A stretch of 64,000 nucleotides of DNA, taken from the IMG/VR virus record IMGVR_UViG_3300042326_002445, positions 1-64,000 of that record; one strand, written 5' to 3'. Position 1 is the first letter of the stretch; each line of letters opens with the position of its first letter. Positions 39,031-49,800 of the stretch are shown in pieces. The position numbers and the translations under genes were made by a program. The notes under the pieces are model-generated. The model did no database searches and was not told where the DNA came from. It saw only the letters and a list, made by a program, of their open reading frames with translations.

Positions 39031-42000
39031 TGGCTCAATACATAAACACATCTTTAATATCTGATAGCGAATTTTGGGATGCATCTACTTGGAGAAAGAT
39101 GTGCAGAGAACTTGCTGGCCTTCGTGGATTGGCTCCAGCTATTCATTTTAGAAATACGGCTAACGATTCAGATGCGTCTCAGTCAGCGCCAGATGACCGT
39201 ATTTTTCATACCCACACGCACCAGAAAATATATGTTTGGGGTGTTGAAATGTGCGCAGGTGGATATGATACCTTAAAAATATATTGGAGAAGTCCTAGTA
39301 ATCCGCCAGATACTCAATGGAACTTAGATAGTGGATGGACTTTAATTAAAGGTGCTGGTGCTGCAAGTAACTCTGGAGAAGGGTATGGTCCTGGTCAGAC
39401 AAATCCAAGCAACGTAACTAATATACAGCCGGGTCCAAGTCCTGCTGGAAACAGGGGTGTGTCAGAGTCTACTCTTGGAGGGACTGGCACGGGGCTTCAT
39501 TTCCCTCAAAGTAACCCGTTGCCGGATGGATCAACGACCCTTACAACTTATTTTTATAATCAATGGCTGCTGGAGATGAAACATAGTGGAGCTATTTATA
39601 CTATGGCAGGTCCATCTCCAGCCTATGATAGCGGAAAGGCTTACACTACTTTAACATCCAATTTTTTAAGAACTTTTCTTTTGATGAAAGAAGGGTATTG
39701 GAAATTTGTATTAGATGAAACTGCATCGCCTTGGTATAATGCAAATCTTAATAAGCCGTCTACAAATTGGGATGGAGGACTTGATAACGATTGGTTCTAC
39801 AATAAGGGCAGAATGAGTCCGGTAGATTATTCTCAAAATCCAACTTTACACGAGTCTTTGCCAGGACATGTGGACAGTAGTAAAAATTTACAAGTATCTT
39901 CAACCGGAGTAAGGTATAGATCCAGATTTACTCGCTCTCTTAATGTAAGAGCTTTTTTCCCAGAAAAAGATTTAGTTACTGGCGTTCGCTTTACTCGTGT
40001 GACAAAAACTATGACTCCTGGCGTATTGACCACTGACACTCAAGTTGACGCGCCCTACACAAAGGTTGTTGGCTATGGAGGAGAGTGGGGTAGTTCTTTA
40101 AATGTAGACAGAAGTACAGAGTGGTCTAGATTTATAAAAACTAGGAATTCTTCTGGACAAGACGGGACAACAGGCTTCCCTCATATTTCAGAAATAACTG
40201 CTAATGAAAGATTTAGTAATACCGCATGGAGATTTACTCCTAACTTTAAAAAACGAACTATTAATAGAAGACATTTAATTTTAGACGGTGTCACCATTAA
40301 CGGTGGTGATAAATTCACTTCAGGTTATTACGGAAGTCAGATTTCAATGTATGAAACTGATCCGATATGGGTAAGGCAGGGGGCTCCCAGCTCTCCTGGT
40401 AGTTTGTTTCCATCTGGAGATGGGCAAGTAAAAGGATGGTTTATAGATTTTCGTGGCTGTGTTTTTAAAAATTGTACTTTTAAAAATGTTGGCATAGGAG
40501 GCTTCAATGAAACTTGTTTTTCTGGTGCATCTTTTTTAAATTGCAAGTTTATTAATTGTGCAATTAATACCAATGGTGATTCTATTCTTTTTAGCGAATG
40601 TTCTTTTATAGGTGGATGCAAGCAGGGGCCAATATTTACTCCACCAAATTTTCATTCAAGTGCTTTTATTAGTTGCCAATTTTTAAATAATGATAGATTT
40701 TTTATATTTACTTCGTCAAGAGGTCCTGTTAGTGACAATTTATGGTGGAGAAATGAATTTGATAATTATGTAAATATGAACGGCGGAGGTTCAGAACTGC
40801 TATGTACTGAATTCCCTGGTTTTATGAGATCTGGTGCTCATCAGTACGCATTTGAGACTTCTGGTACTGGAGGAAATACGGATTATATTCAGCAGCAGCA
40901 TGAATACGCTAGAAATATGTTTATATTCAATAGATTTCACAGCGGCTTAGGTGGAATAGTGTCTTCTTACGAAACTTTTAGTCGTGCAAATTTTTTCTAC
41001 TCTAATACATTTAATGATCCCATAAAGATATACGGGCATACTCCATCTTATCATGCAGAAGATAAATGTCTTTACGAATCTTGGGCTCACAATTTTATTC
41101 ATAAGTTATCAATTGCTTTAGATGGAAAATCTCATCATTTTAGATTTATATGTAATGCAATATCAGAGCCACATTTTAATTCATCTAAGTCCATAGATAA
41201 TCATTGGACAAGGTATCCATTTGGGAATAATGCATGGATCGTCGCTCAGGGTGTTGAGGCAGACGCCTCTGCTCCTACGGGTGAATGGTATTGTGTTAAC
41301 ACAACGGGAATGGGCAATAAAATAATAGGAAATCAAATAACTAATTGGGGCGATTATTTTATGAACAATGCATTAGGTCCATGTTCTATCTTTAATGGCT
41401 TTCATCATGTGTATGATCCAGATTTTGATATTAACATAAGTGGTGATTCATATTGGGGTCAAAATAATCGATGGAAATATGTTAATGTGGCTACTAGAAA
41501 TAGGTTTTTTATGCCTAGTCCATTTAAAAATTATGGATGGCATGATGGTGAGATAGGAAGAAAAAATGCTGATGGCACGTCTTGGAACCCGAGTAGACAT
41601 AATAATACTGGATCTAGGCTCTGGTCTCCTATGCCATTAGAATGGCAAATAAAAGGAGACGCCGGGGTTCATGGCGAAAGTGCAGGCGGACCACCTAATG
41701 GCTTCCAATGTTCTCAAACTGCGTCCGATATTTCTGCAAGAAATGAATGCAGATCTATATATGTGAAAAATGTAAGCACTGGTGTTTGGGAAAAGAAAAA
41801 TACTGGAGTTTTGTACAGTAATGAAGCAAATCTTAATGATAGAACCGGATGGAGTCAGCAAATATTTAAAAGTGATTTGATCACAAATGGACTTGTACTT
41901 TTTTTAGATGCTAGTCGTAGTCAGTCAATTGCTTATGGGAGTGGTGCTTCTTTTGACATTCCAGATGGAACTCTTTGGAAAAATATTGTATCTAACGGGT

Positions 42001-42716
42001 TTCATGGTACAGTAAAAAATGTTCCAAGATTTGCGGGGATTAACGGAGCATCTCCTCATGCCTCTTGTTCTAATACTTATTTAAGTGGATCTTTGGCCGG
42101 TCAGACTATAAATGATGGAAGTGGTGGCAGCATAAAATTTAATTGCACTGACACTAATGATTCTGTCATTGTCTCTAATATAAACTCATCTGGCGTGAGT
42201 GTTGCAAATACTTTCAGTGCTAGCACTACTAATTTTATTACCCTGCAAATATGGGCAAGGTTCAGGACACTTCCCAATCAAGGCATTTTGGGAAAAGGAA
42301 CAAACGCCCTTGCCACCGGATGGGATGGATATTCTATTCAAACTGATGGGGCAAGCAAGTTGCTTATAGTGACAAATGGAGGGTCTGCTTATACAACTCA
42401 TAGCTCTATAGCTACTGCGTCTTCTCTATCTTTAGATAAATGGTATTTAATAACTGCTGTCATAAAAATTGGGTCTTCTTCTGGGGATGTGCAGGGTTAC
42501 GTCAATAATAACAGGGTCATTAATTCTTCTCATGGCGCAGAGTCATCTTATGATGACACTGCAAATCCATTAACAATTGCTCAAGGGTATAGAAACAGCA
42601 CATCAGCTTTTTCTTTTAACGGATGGATTGGAGAGTTTTATTTTTACAATAGAGCTTTGACTGCTAATGAAATATCAAATAATTATACAGCCACAAAAGG
42701 CAGATTTGTTTATTAA
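39030..42716 (+). CDS. Tailspike-like beta-helix protein with C-terminal LamG domain (1228 aa), paralog 1
   Basis: Pentapeptide/beta-helix pattern IDFRGCVFKNCTFKN...SFLNCKFINC. C-terminal LITNGLVLFLDAS...FNGWIGEFYFYNRALTANEISNNYTATKGRF is the LamG type common in phages. Confidence 0.7.
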   Translation: MAQYINTSLISDSEFWDASTWRKMCRELAGLRGLAPAIHFRNTANDSDASQSAPDDRIFHTHTHQKIYVWGVEMCAGGYDTLKIYWRSPSNPPDTQWNLDSGWTLIKGAGAASNSGEGYGPGQTNPSNVTNIQPGPSPAGNRGVSESTLGGTGTGLHFPQSNPLPDGSTTLTTYFYNQWLLEMKHSGAIYTMAGPSPAYDSGKAYTTLTSNFLRTFLLMKEGYWKFVLDETASPWYNANLNKPSTNWDGGLDNDWFYNKGRMSPVDYSQNPTLHESLPGHVDSSKNLQVSSTGVRYRSRFTRSLNVRAFFPEKDLVTGVRFTRVTKTMTPGVLTTDTQVDAPYTKVVGYGGEWGSSLNVDRSTEWSRFIKTRNSSGQDGTTGFPHISEITANERFSNTAWRFTPNFKKRTINRRHLILDGVTINGGDKFTSGYYGSQISMYETDPIWVRQGAPSSPGSLFPSGDGQVKGWFIDFRGCVFKNCTFKNVGIGGFNETCFSGASFLNCKFINCAINTNGDSILFSECSFIGGCKQGPIFTPPNFHSSAFISCQFLNNDRFFIFTSSRGPVSDNLWWRNEFDNYVNMNGGGSELLCTEFPGFMRSGAHQYAFETSGTGGNTDYIQQQHEYARNMFIFNRFHSGLGGIVSSYETFSRANFFYSNTFNDPIKIYGHTPSYHAEDKCLYESWAHNFIHKLSIALDGKSHHFRFICNAISEPHFNSSKSIDNHWTRYPFGNNAWIVAQGVEADASAPTGEWYCVNTTGMGNKIIGNQITNWGDYFMNNALGPCSIFNGFHHVYDPDFDINISGDSYWGQNNRWKYVNVATRNRFFMPSPFKNYGWHDGEIGRKNADGTSWNPSRHNNTGSRLWSPMPLEWQIKGDAGVHGESAGGPPNGFQCSQTASDISARNECRSIYVKNVSTGVWEKKNTGVLYSNEANLNDRTGWSQQIFKSDLITNGLVLFLDASRSQSIAYGSGASFDIPDGTLWKNIVSNGFHGTVKNVPRFAGINGASPHASCSNTYLSGSLAGQTINDGSGGSIKFNCTDTNDSVIVSNINSSGVSVANTFSASTTNFITLQIWARFRTLPNQGILGKGTNALATGWDGYSIQTDGASKLLIVTNGGSAYTTHSSIATASSLSLDKWYLITAVIKIGSSSGDVQGYVNNNRVINSSHGAESSYDDTANPLTIAQGYRNSTSAFSFNGWIGEFYFYNRALTANEISNNYTATKGRFVY

Positions 42717-42727
42717 AAAGGAAAACT

Positions 42728-45079
42728 ATGTTTCAAGCTTACGATTCTAATTCTGCTTTAAGAGAAATGGTTGGCATAAGAGGAGCTGCACCTTCTATAA
42801 GATTTAATGAATCAGTTCCTGGAGTTTCTTCCTCAAAGGAAGTATTACATGTACCTGCGAATGAAAGCGTGTACGTTTGGGGGGTAGAGCTTTTTAGCGC
42901 AGGGCATGATTGCATAAAGATAACGCATTACCCAGAAAATAGTCCTCCATTTTTAATAAAAGATGGCGGATCTCATATATCAAATTTTAAAAATCAAAAA
43001 ACAATAACTTATGTCAAAAATGAAATAAGCATAAAAGAAGAAGTTCCATTTGATGATTTTTGGCAAGAGCCTTATCTAGTTAATAAAAATGATGAGCAAA
43101 TTATTAAAAGTAATTTTTTTAGATGTTTTATTTTTTTGGAAGAAGGCTACTACAAAATAGAGATTGATGAGTCTTTTAATCCAAAATACATGGATCCAAA
43201 TTTTTTGCCAATTGATTATAGCTCCGATGAAATTTATAGTCCTGGTAGCGGGGATAGGAGTGTAAGAAGAGCTGCAACATGGCAGGTAAAGAAATCTAAA
43301 AGCAATACTGTAAATGAGTCATATGCAAGATCTAATAGTTTTTTGAAAAGAGAAATTTATGTTAGAGCAATTTCTCGTACTAAAGACATAGTTGACGGAA
43401 GTTCATTTACTAGAAATGTGTTTAATCTTTCGCCTGGCATGGTGAAGTATGAAAATCTGCCACCATTTACTCCTTCTACAAATCTAGACACAAACGGCAA
43501 TCCAGTTCGTCTTGATTTAGTTGGTCCGTGGCATTTACTTGGAAATAATTCATATTACAATATAGATACATACCATAACAGTAATACAACTACAAGTGGC
43601 GCGCCTACTATTGACACTACACATGGATGGCAGGGAAGACATGCAGTTATAGCCCCACGTTATACTATGTCTTCTTTTATGAACCAATTTTTAGAAAACA
43701 CTTATAGGCCATATTCAGACTACTTCAGGCAAGGATGCCGTTATGTTAATATGCGTAACGGTATAATGGAAAATATCAATTTTTATGGATCAGACTATAC
43801 GATTGTTCATCAATTTATGATTGTTCCGTCTAGCTATTACAATGACTATCTTACAGTATCTGCAAGTGAAGCTAGTCAATATCTTTCAACTACATCGTAT
43901 GTTGTTACTATAAATAACATTGATAATGTTGTTACTATAGATAGCATTGATAATGTTGTTGCCTATTTAAATAATGGAACTTCAACACCTTCGTCATCTA
44001 CAAATCCTTTGAGCGTTCCAGACCAGTATAATAATAATGTCTTGTTGGATATGAGAGGCTGTGTCTTTAAAAATTGCACGTTTGATAAGTATAATATTGG
44101 CTGGTCTTTTAGAAAAGACACTATGCTTGATGGCGCCGTATTTGAAAATTGCACTTTTATAGGAGCTGGTTTAGGCTATTTGCATTACGGTGGAGTGTTA
44201 ATAAAAAATTGTCATTTTGAAGAAATAAGTTCAAATTCAGATTTAAGCTTATCTTGGGACGCTGGAGGTTCATGTTGTGTAATGGGTTGTACCCAAAAAT
44301 ATACTGAACGTGGTACACTTTTTTCATTCCATAAGGGTGGTTTTAATGACAGTGTTTGGATAAGAAATTCACTTCATGGCATTGATAGATTCCAAATTGC
44401 AAATGAGCACTGGGTGTGCGAGTCATGTTGCTGTGGAGATTGTGAAATTTCAAATAGATTTGACAATAACATGTACATCATGAACAGGGCGTCTAAGGGG
44501 CCTGCTTCAATCGGTCCATATAGAACTAACTCTAAACTTAACTTAATGGCATTTAATTCTTTTGAGTCACCTTCTGGTGGTGCTGGTATGATCATAGTCA
44601 ATGATCCTGGTAGGGCATTTGACATGGAGTGTAATGTTTGGCTGTACAATGATATATTAGGTGGATATGTGGATTTTCAAAATTGGTGTAAAAACAATAG
44701 GTTGATCAATTGTACTTTTAGAAAAGCACAAAATACTGGAAATCCATGGGGAGGGTATAATTGGGTTGCGCAAGATGAGCAAAGTGGGTGCTGCATGTAT
44801 AGTTCTTACAAATTTTTAAATATTAGCGGCACTACAACTAATGCTCCACAAAGCAATTTGCTTATTAATTGCTCTATGATTGATTATCAAGACGATAGTT
44901 ACACTTTTGGTGCCAGTTATGCTAGCGATAATAATTGGTTTTTTAGCAATAAAGATCCTAAAATTGACAATTCAGAATTATTAGCAGGTAAAAATGTAAT
45001 TTATAATTTAAGAAGAATTATAGAAAATAGTATGAGCAGAAAATATCCATTTGGAGAAAGCGTTCCTGGGCCATCTTAA
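42728..45079 (+). CDS. Tailspike-like beta-helix protein (783 aa), paralog 2
   Basis: Shares N-terminal motifs with 39030 and 45083; LDMRGCVFKNCTF...AVFENCTF; AAGGA Shine-Dalgarno-like sequence upstream. Confidence 0.7.
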   Translation: MFQAYDSNSALREMVGIRGAAPSIRFNESVPGVSSSKEVLHVPANESVYVWGVELFSAGHDCIKITHYPENSPPFLIKDGGSHISNFKNQKTITYVKNEISIKEEVPFDDFWQEPYLVNKNDEQIIKSNFFRCFIFLEEGYYKIEIDESFNPKYMDPNFLPIDYSSDEIYSPGSGDRSVRRAATWQVKKSKSNTVNESYARSNSFLKREIYVRAISRTKDIVDGSSFTRNVFNLSPGMVKYENLPPFTPSTNLDTNGNPVRLDLVGPWHLLGNNSYYNIDTYHNSNTTTSGAPTIDTTHGWQGRHAVIAPRYTMSSFMNQFLENTYRPYSDYFRQGCRYVNMRNGIMENINFYGSDYTIVHQFMIVPSSYYNDYLTVSASEASQYLSTTSYVVTINNIDNVVTIDSIDNVVAYLNNGTSTPSSSTNPLSVPDQYNNNVLLDMRGCVFKNCTFDKYNIGWSFRKDTMLDGAVFENCTFIGAGLGYLHYGGVLIKNCHFEEISSNSDLSLSWDAGGSCCVMGCTQKYTERGTLFSFHKGGFNDSVWIRNSLHGIDRFQIANEHWVCESCCCGDCEISNRFDNNMYIMNRASKGPASIGPYRTNSKLNLMAFNSFESPSGGAGMIIVNDPGRAFDMECNVWLYNDILGGYVDFQNWCKNNRLINCTFRKAQNTGNPWGGYNWVAQDEQSGCCMYSSYKFLNISGTTTNAPQSNLLINCSMIDYQDDSYTFGASYASDNNWFFSNKDPKIDNSELLAGKNVIYNLRRIIENSMSRKYPFGESVPGPS
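43899..43966 (+). repeat. 27-nt in-frame tandem repeat (about 2.5 copies)
   Basis: gttgttactataaataacattgataat / gttgttactatagatagcattgataat / gttgttgcctat encodes VVTINNIDN VVTIDSIDN VVAY. Confidence 0.85.
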
Positions 45080-45082
45080 AAT

Positions 45083-46789
45083 ATGGGGTACACCGATCAC
45101 AGTTTTCATTTAGGTTTACGCAAGCTTGCTGGCATGAGGTCAGTAGCGCCTGCTGTTCGCTATATTGATTCAGATTTAGGCGAAGAAGCTTTTTGCGTCA
45201 GAAAAGATGAGCTTATTACTTTATGGGGTTGCGAATTAATGCCCTTGCAGTCTGATTGTGTAAAAATTAGCTATAAATCAAGCCCATCAGCATCGTGGCA
45301 AGTTTTAAAAAACTATTTAGTTCAAACTTCTATAGCTATTTCTGGCGGGCACAATCCTACAGATGCATCTTATACGTTTTCTGGCTTTCCAAGTTTAGCT
45401 GATAACTACGAATTAAATGATCCTTTATACGCAAATGGATTTCAAATAAGTGGAATTACTTACTGTAGAGAGCATGACAGCCCATTTAAAACTGTTGGAT
45501 ATTCTTTATCTTGGATATATAGAGTGCAAGACGACACTCACGCAAAAGTTTCGTATACTAATTTTGGAAGAGGGTTTAGGTTTTACGTAGAGGGTTATTA
45601 CAAATTTGAGTACGATGAGTCTAGATCGGCTTTGTACAGACAGACAAGTTCAAATTTTCCTATAGTAAACCCGGATACTCAAGACTACAATACATTTAAA
45701 TATAATGGATCTGTACCTTGGACCCCTTCTGATTCTTCTTTATACGAACATGGAGACTCATTAGTAAGATCTATAATTATTAAGTGTAAAAGTAATTTTG
45801 ATGTAGTTTCTAATAGCACTTATGTTAATAACAATGTGTCTATATCTTCTTCTAATATTGAGAGTTTTGTAGCCTTAACTGCTGATAATATTTGTAAAAA
45901 AGTAGGTCTTAATATTAAGTCAAAGTCATATTTATTACCATCTGCTAATGGATCAGTTTTGGCTAGACAGTATTGTGCTTCTGATAATTTTTTAATAGAT
46001 GTATCTTCTACGGGTGTTGCATCAAGTGTTATTAATCAATTTGACAAAGCCATGGGGGTGCAATCAGGAGAAGTGGTTAAAAATCTTAGAAATAGAACTT
46101 TTGATACAGCTAATTTTTTAGGACCAGGAGATTTTGTTCAACATATTGCTTCAACTCCCGGTTCTTTAGACTGTGCTCAAAAAATAGATATGAGGAATTC
46201 TAGATTTTATAATTGTATTTTTAAAAATGTTATATTTGGATCTCCAGGAAATTCACAATTAATTTTAGATGGTTCGTTATTTTTTCAATGTTCATTTTTT
46301 AACTGTAAATTTTACTTGAATGGACAAAATATTGCTATTAAAAATTGTAATGTTAATAATAGTTCAGTTCGTGATGGTTTTTTAATATTCAATGGATCTT
46401 ATGGAAATATGATTTCTGATGTTATATTCAAAGATACAGATAAGCCATTTGTATTTGTTAATGGAGTTAATGCAAATCGTAATAATTTTATTATGATGAA
46501 TAATTGCAGTCAGGCTGGAGACGTAGAAATAGGTAGTTGTCCTTTTGTAAATGTTGTAGGAGATTCAAATAACAGCGGATCTTTTTCTGGAAATATTGTT
46601 ATGAGAAATTATATAGACGACGGATCTGGAGATCCAATAAGAATTGAAAAAACTTCGGCTCATGGTAATTTTTTTGGTGGTAATTATATGATTTCTCATG
46701 GAAATGTATCTCTGGCAGACGACGCAAGGCAGAAGCAAAAAAATAAGGATATTATCAAATATCCGAGTATTAAGCCGTATATTCCTTAA
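45083..46789 (+). CDS. Tailspike-like beta-helix protein (568 aa), paralog 3
   Basis: LRKLAGMRSVAPAVRY, LWGCEL, EGYYKFEYDES and IDMRNSRFYNCIFKN are shared with the two upstream paralogs. Confidence 0.7.
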   Translation: MGYTDHSFHLGLRKLAGMRSVAPAVRYIDSDLGEEAFCVRKDELITLWGCELMPLQSDCVKISYKSSPSASWQVLKNYLVQTSIAISGGHNPTDASYTFSGFPSLADNYELNDPLYANGFQISGITYCREHDSPFKTVGYSLSWIYRVQDDTHAKVSYTNFGRGFRFYVEGYYKFEYDESRSALYRQTSSNFPIVNPDTQDYNTFKYNGSVPWTPSDSSLYEHGDSLVRSIIIKCKSNFDVVSNSTYVNNNVSISSSNIESFVALTADNICKKVGLNIKSKSYLLPSANGSVLARQYCASDNFLIDVSSTGVASSVINQFDKAMGVQSGEVVKNLRNRTFDTANFLGPGDFVQHIASTPGSLDCAQKIDMRNSRFYNCIFKNVIFGSPGNSQLILDGSLFFQCSFFNCKFYLNGQNIAIKNCNVNNSSVRDGFLIFNGSYGNMISDVIFKDTDKPFVFVNGVNANRNNFIMMNNCSQAGDVEIGSCPFVNVVGDSNNSGSFSGNIVMRNYIDDGSGDPIRIEKTSAHGNFFGGNYMISHGNVSLADDARQKQKNKDIIKYPSIKPYIP

Positions 46790-46879
46790 AATAATAAAAT
46801 TTATACGAAATATATATGTATATTCATATAAATGGTATCATCAGTTTATTTTAAATATATGCTCACCCGTTAATAATAT
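46790..46879 (+). promoter_or_regulatory. AT-rich intergenic region, candidate promoter (TACGAAATAT at 46804; TATAAATG near 46827)
   Basis: Largest non-coding gap in the window; shares an exact 10-mer with the gap at 63671-63733. Confidence 0.4.
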
Positions 46880-49800
46880 ATGGCTTACATAATTAACTAT
46901 AAACCTAATTTACATGACCTGTACACCTATGGGTCTCAGCCGATTATAGATCCTAGTAATTGGCAAAATAATAGAAGAGTATATCCAACTGGTTATAATC
47001 AAAATTTATTTATTAAAGATCCATTTTATAATTTAAATTTTAATGTTGATTTTAGCGGAATGGATCGTGAAGGTAGGGGTGCTCCTGGTTACGGATTTAA
47101 TCAATACGAAGGTCAGTCTGGGTATCTACCATCCGGTGTTTTGGTAAATTCTGGCAGTGGATCTGTTACTCTGCCTAGCATAGCTGGCCAGTTTAGGTCG
47201 TTTGGCAACAATGCAGACTGCTACCATTTAGGCTGTCCTGTTGGTAATTTTGAAATAGCTTCTAATTATAATCATTGGAATAATGGAGCATGGGCAAAAG
47301 TCTTGATTAGCCCAAAACATTTTCTTGCAACAGCACACTATGTTGGTTCTGGCAACAACAACACTTCAATACGCTTGCTTGGAAAAAATAATCAAGTAGT
47401 TACTAGAAATGCAACAAAGCTTATAGACTTTAGTAATTCATCTAATTTTCCACCTGGATATAATTGGCCAAATTCATCTTTTGATTATACTTTATTTGAA
47501 TTAGACACTGCTCTTACAGAGCAGGAAATGCAACAAATTAAAGTTTATAAATTTTTAAATGCATTTAATTTGCCAACAAGTGTTCCACTTTTTTATGTTT
47601 CTCCTCAAAGCGTTGTATCTGTACTGAATTCTTTAGGAAATGATTATTTTAATATAAATTTGTATCCTGATGCTGCATATAGAGGCAGTTTAGTTTCCGG
47701 CGTTCCAACGCAATCTACATTTAGTGTTTGGGTTGGCGACAGCGGGACTCCAGTGTTTGCTTATGTTCCTGGTATTGATGAAACATGTTTTTTATACTCT
47801 GCTTGGGGTGGAATGACGATATCAGACAACGGCAATACTGCAAATCCAACGGCTACAAAAAAATGGTTTGATGCTTTAAAACAATATATTTTTGATAGAA
47901 TCGGGTACAATATTGGCTTAGTCAATTACTCTACTACCGGAGGCGGCAATTCGTCAAGCAGTAGCTCCATAGGTAGTTCAAGCAGTAGTTCAAGCAGTAG
48001 TTCAAGTAATGTTGACTCAGGTTTGTGGATGCCCATATCTTCTGATAATCCGTTTGCAAGGAATATCGATATGACTTCCGATACTGACTCTCCTCCTATA
48101 GCTCGTTGGTCCAGTGTTCCATTGCAGTGGATCCATGATGGTGAGTCGGTAAAGGCCTCCGTTGTCGCCTATCACTCTACAGGAATAAAGCGTGTAGATT
48201 TTATATGCGATGGAGGAGAGTACGAATCTGGAGCTCATATTATAGGTGTTATAAATCCGGTTGCTGACTCTAGTTCTAAGCAAGATGAGTATGCTTGCAG
48301 TATAGATATAAATGATTCTTGGTCCGAGGGAATACACACAATAAGAGCTATTGTTTATGCAAATAATGGGACAAAGAGAGTACTTCAAGGTTCTTGGTTG
48401 CCTAAATATAGTAGTATATCTGATCCTTATAATTATTTTAATAATGGAGAAGTCGATTTTACTTTTATTGTTAATCGTGGCTCTTATGATGGCAATACGG
48501 TATATGTAGATGCGGTTAATGGAGATGATTCGAATAATGGTTCTTTTAATAGCCCATTTAAAAATTTATGGAATGCGATTCCCGCAGCACACGCATTTCA
48601 TTTAGAAAATTCTATTAAAGAAGATGTGATTATATGCAAAGCTGGAGAGTACAGGCTAAGTCCATTGTTAAATGGTGATTATTCTTCTGGAACTCCATCT
48701 GCACTTGCTTTGGGTGCTGGAAGAATAGGTTGGTTAAAAATAAAAGCGCTGGATGGTTTAAGTAAAAAAGATGTCGTAATTACAAATCGTTCAACTAATT
48801 TTGGCAGTGTTGCCAATCCGACGAGCTATGCTGTAAAATCAAATACTTTAGTCTCTAGGTTTACTGTCTTTGAAAATATAACATTGGAAAATTTCTATGA
48901 CAGTAGTACAAATGTTTCGGGAGAAAAAGATTACATTATTTCTACTGACGGTTCTTATGGATTTGATTCTAGAGGTGTGTGGTTAAACAACTGCTCTATT
49001 AGAGGACGCTCAGGCGTCTCTGTTGATACTCTAGTATCTACTTTGAACAATCAAGTTAATATTTTTTTTAAAGCATATCCGGGTATTGCTCAAAATGTAG
49101 TTGGTTTTGCCACTAATTGCAATGTAAATAGTCTTTATAGAGGATTTGACGGTTTTGTAATGTTAAAGCAATGTGGAATTGGTAATACTGTAGAGTTTGC
49201 AATTAAAAATTGTGCTTCAATTTTCTCTTGCAATATATCTAATGTCGGCAATGTTGGTGCTGTCGCAGATTCAGCTGTCATTAATTTTAGCCATACTTCA
49301 TTGGCAAAAAGTAACATTATAGTTGCAAAGAATCAGATTAATAAATCTGCTATATCTCATTTTAGGATTAATCCACATCGTAACGTTTTTGATTCAGAAA
49401 TTTACTTTGAAGGTTTTGCAATTGTATCAAATTATTTTTCTAGAGCTACTGGAGGTCCAGGTAAATCATACATATATAATGGTATAAAGCAGATTTTCAT
49501 GTCACACAATAGTATGTTAGACTATTTGTCTATACATGATGCTAGTGGTGGAGTTTGGGGCGGTGATGTCTTAGTCTCAGACGTGTATTGTAAAAGTAAT
49601 CTGCTCAATGGGATTATTGTAGACTCTACTTCTGGTTCGTCTGCGTCCCTTGGAGCAGGCTCTGTCGCATTAAATCAGGGATTTTTAAATTCTAATTCAG
49701 AAATATCTTCCAATATATTTTTATTACCAACTCAGTCAAATAATCCGTTATTTTTATCATTAATTGTTAATGATAAAAATAAGCAAGTTAATCAAAGTGT

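Noticed and set aside
46698-46892. 64-aa ORF bridging the intergenic gap
   Set aside because: It overlaps both neighbours, has low-complexity AT-driven composition and no recognisable motif.
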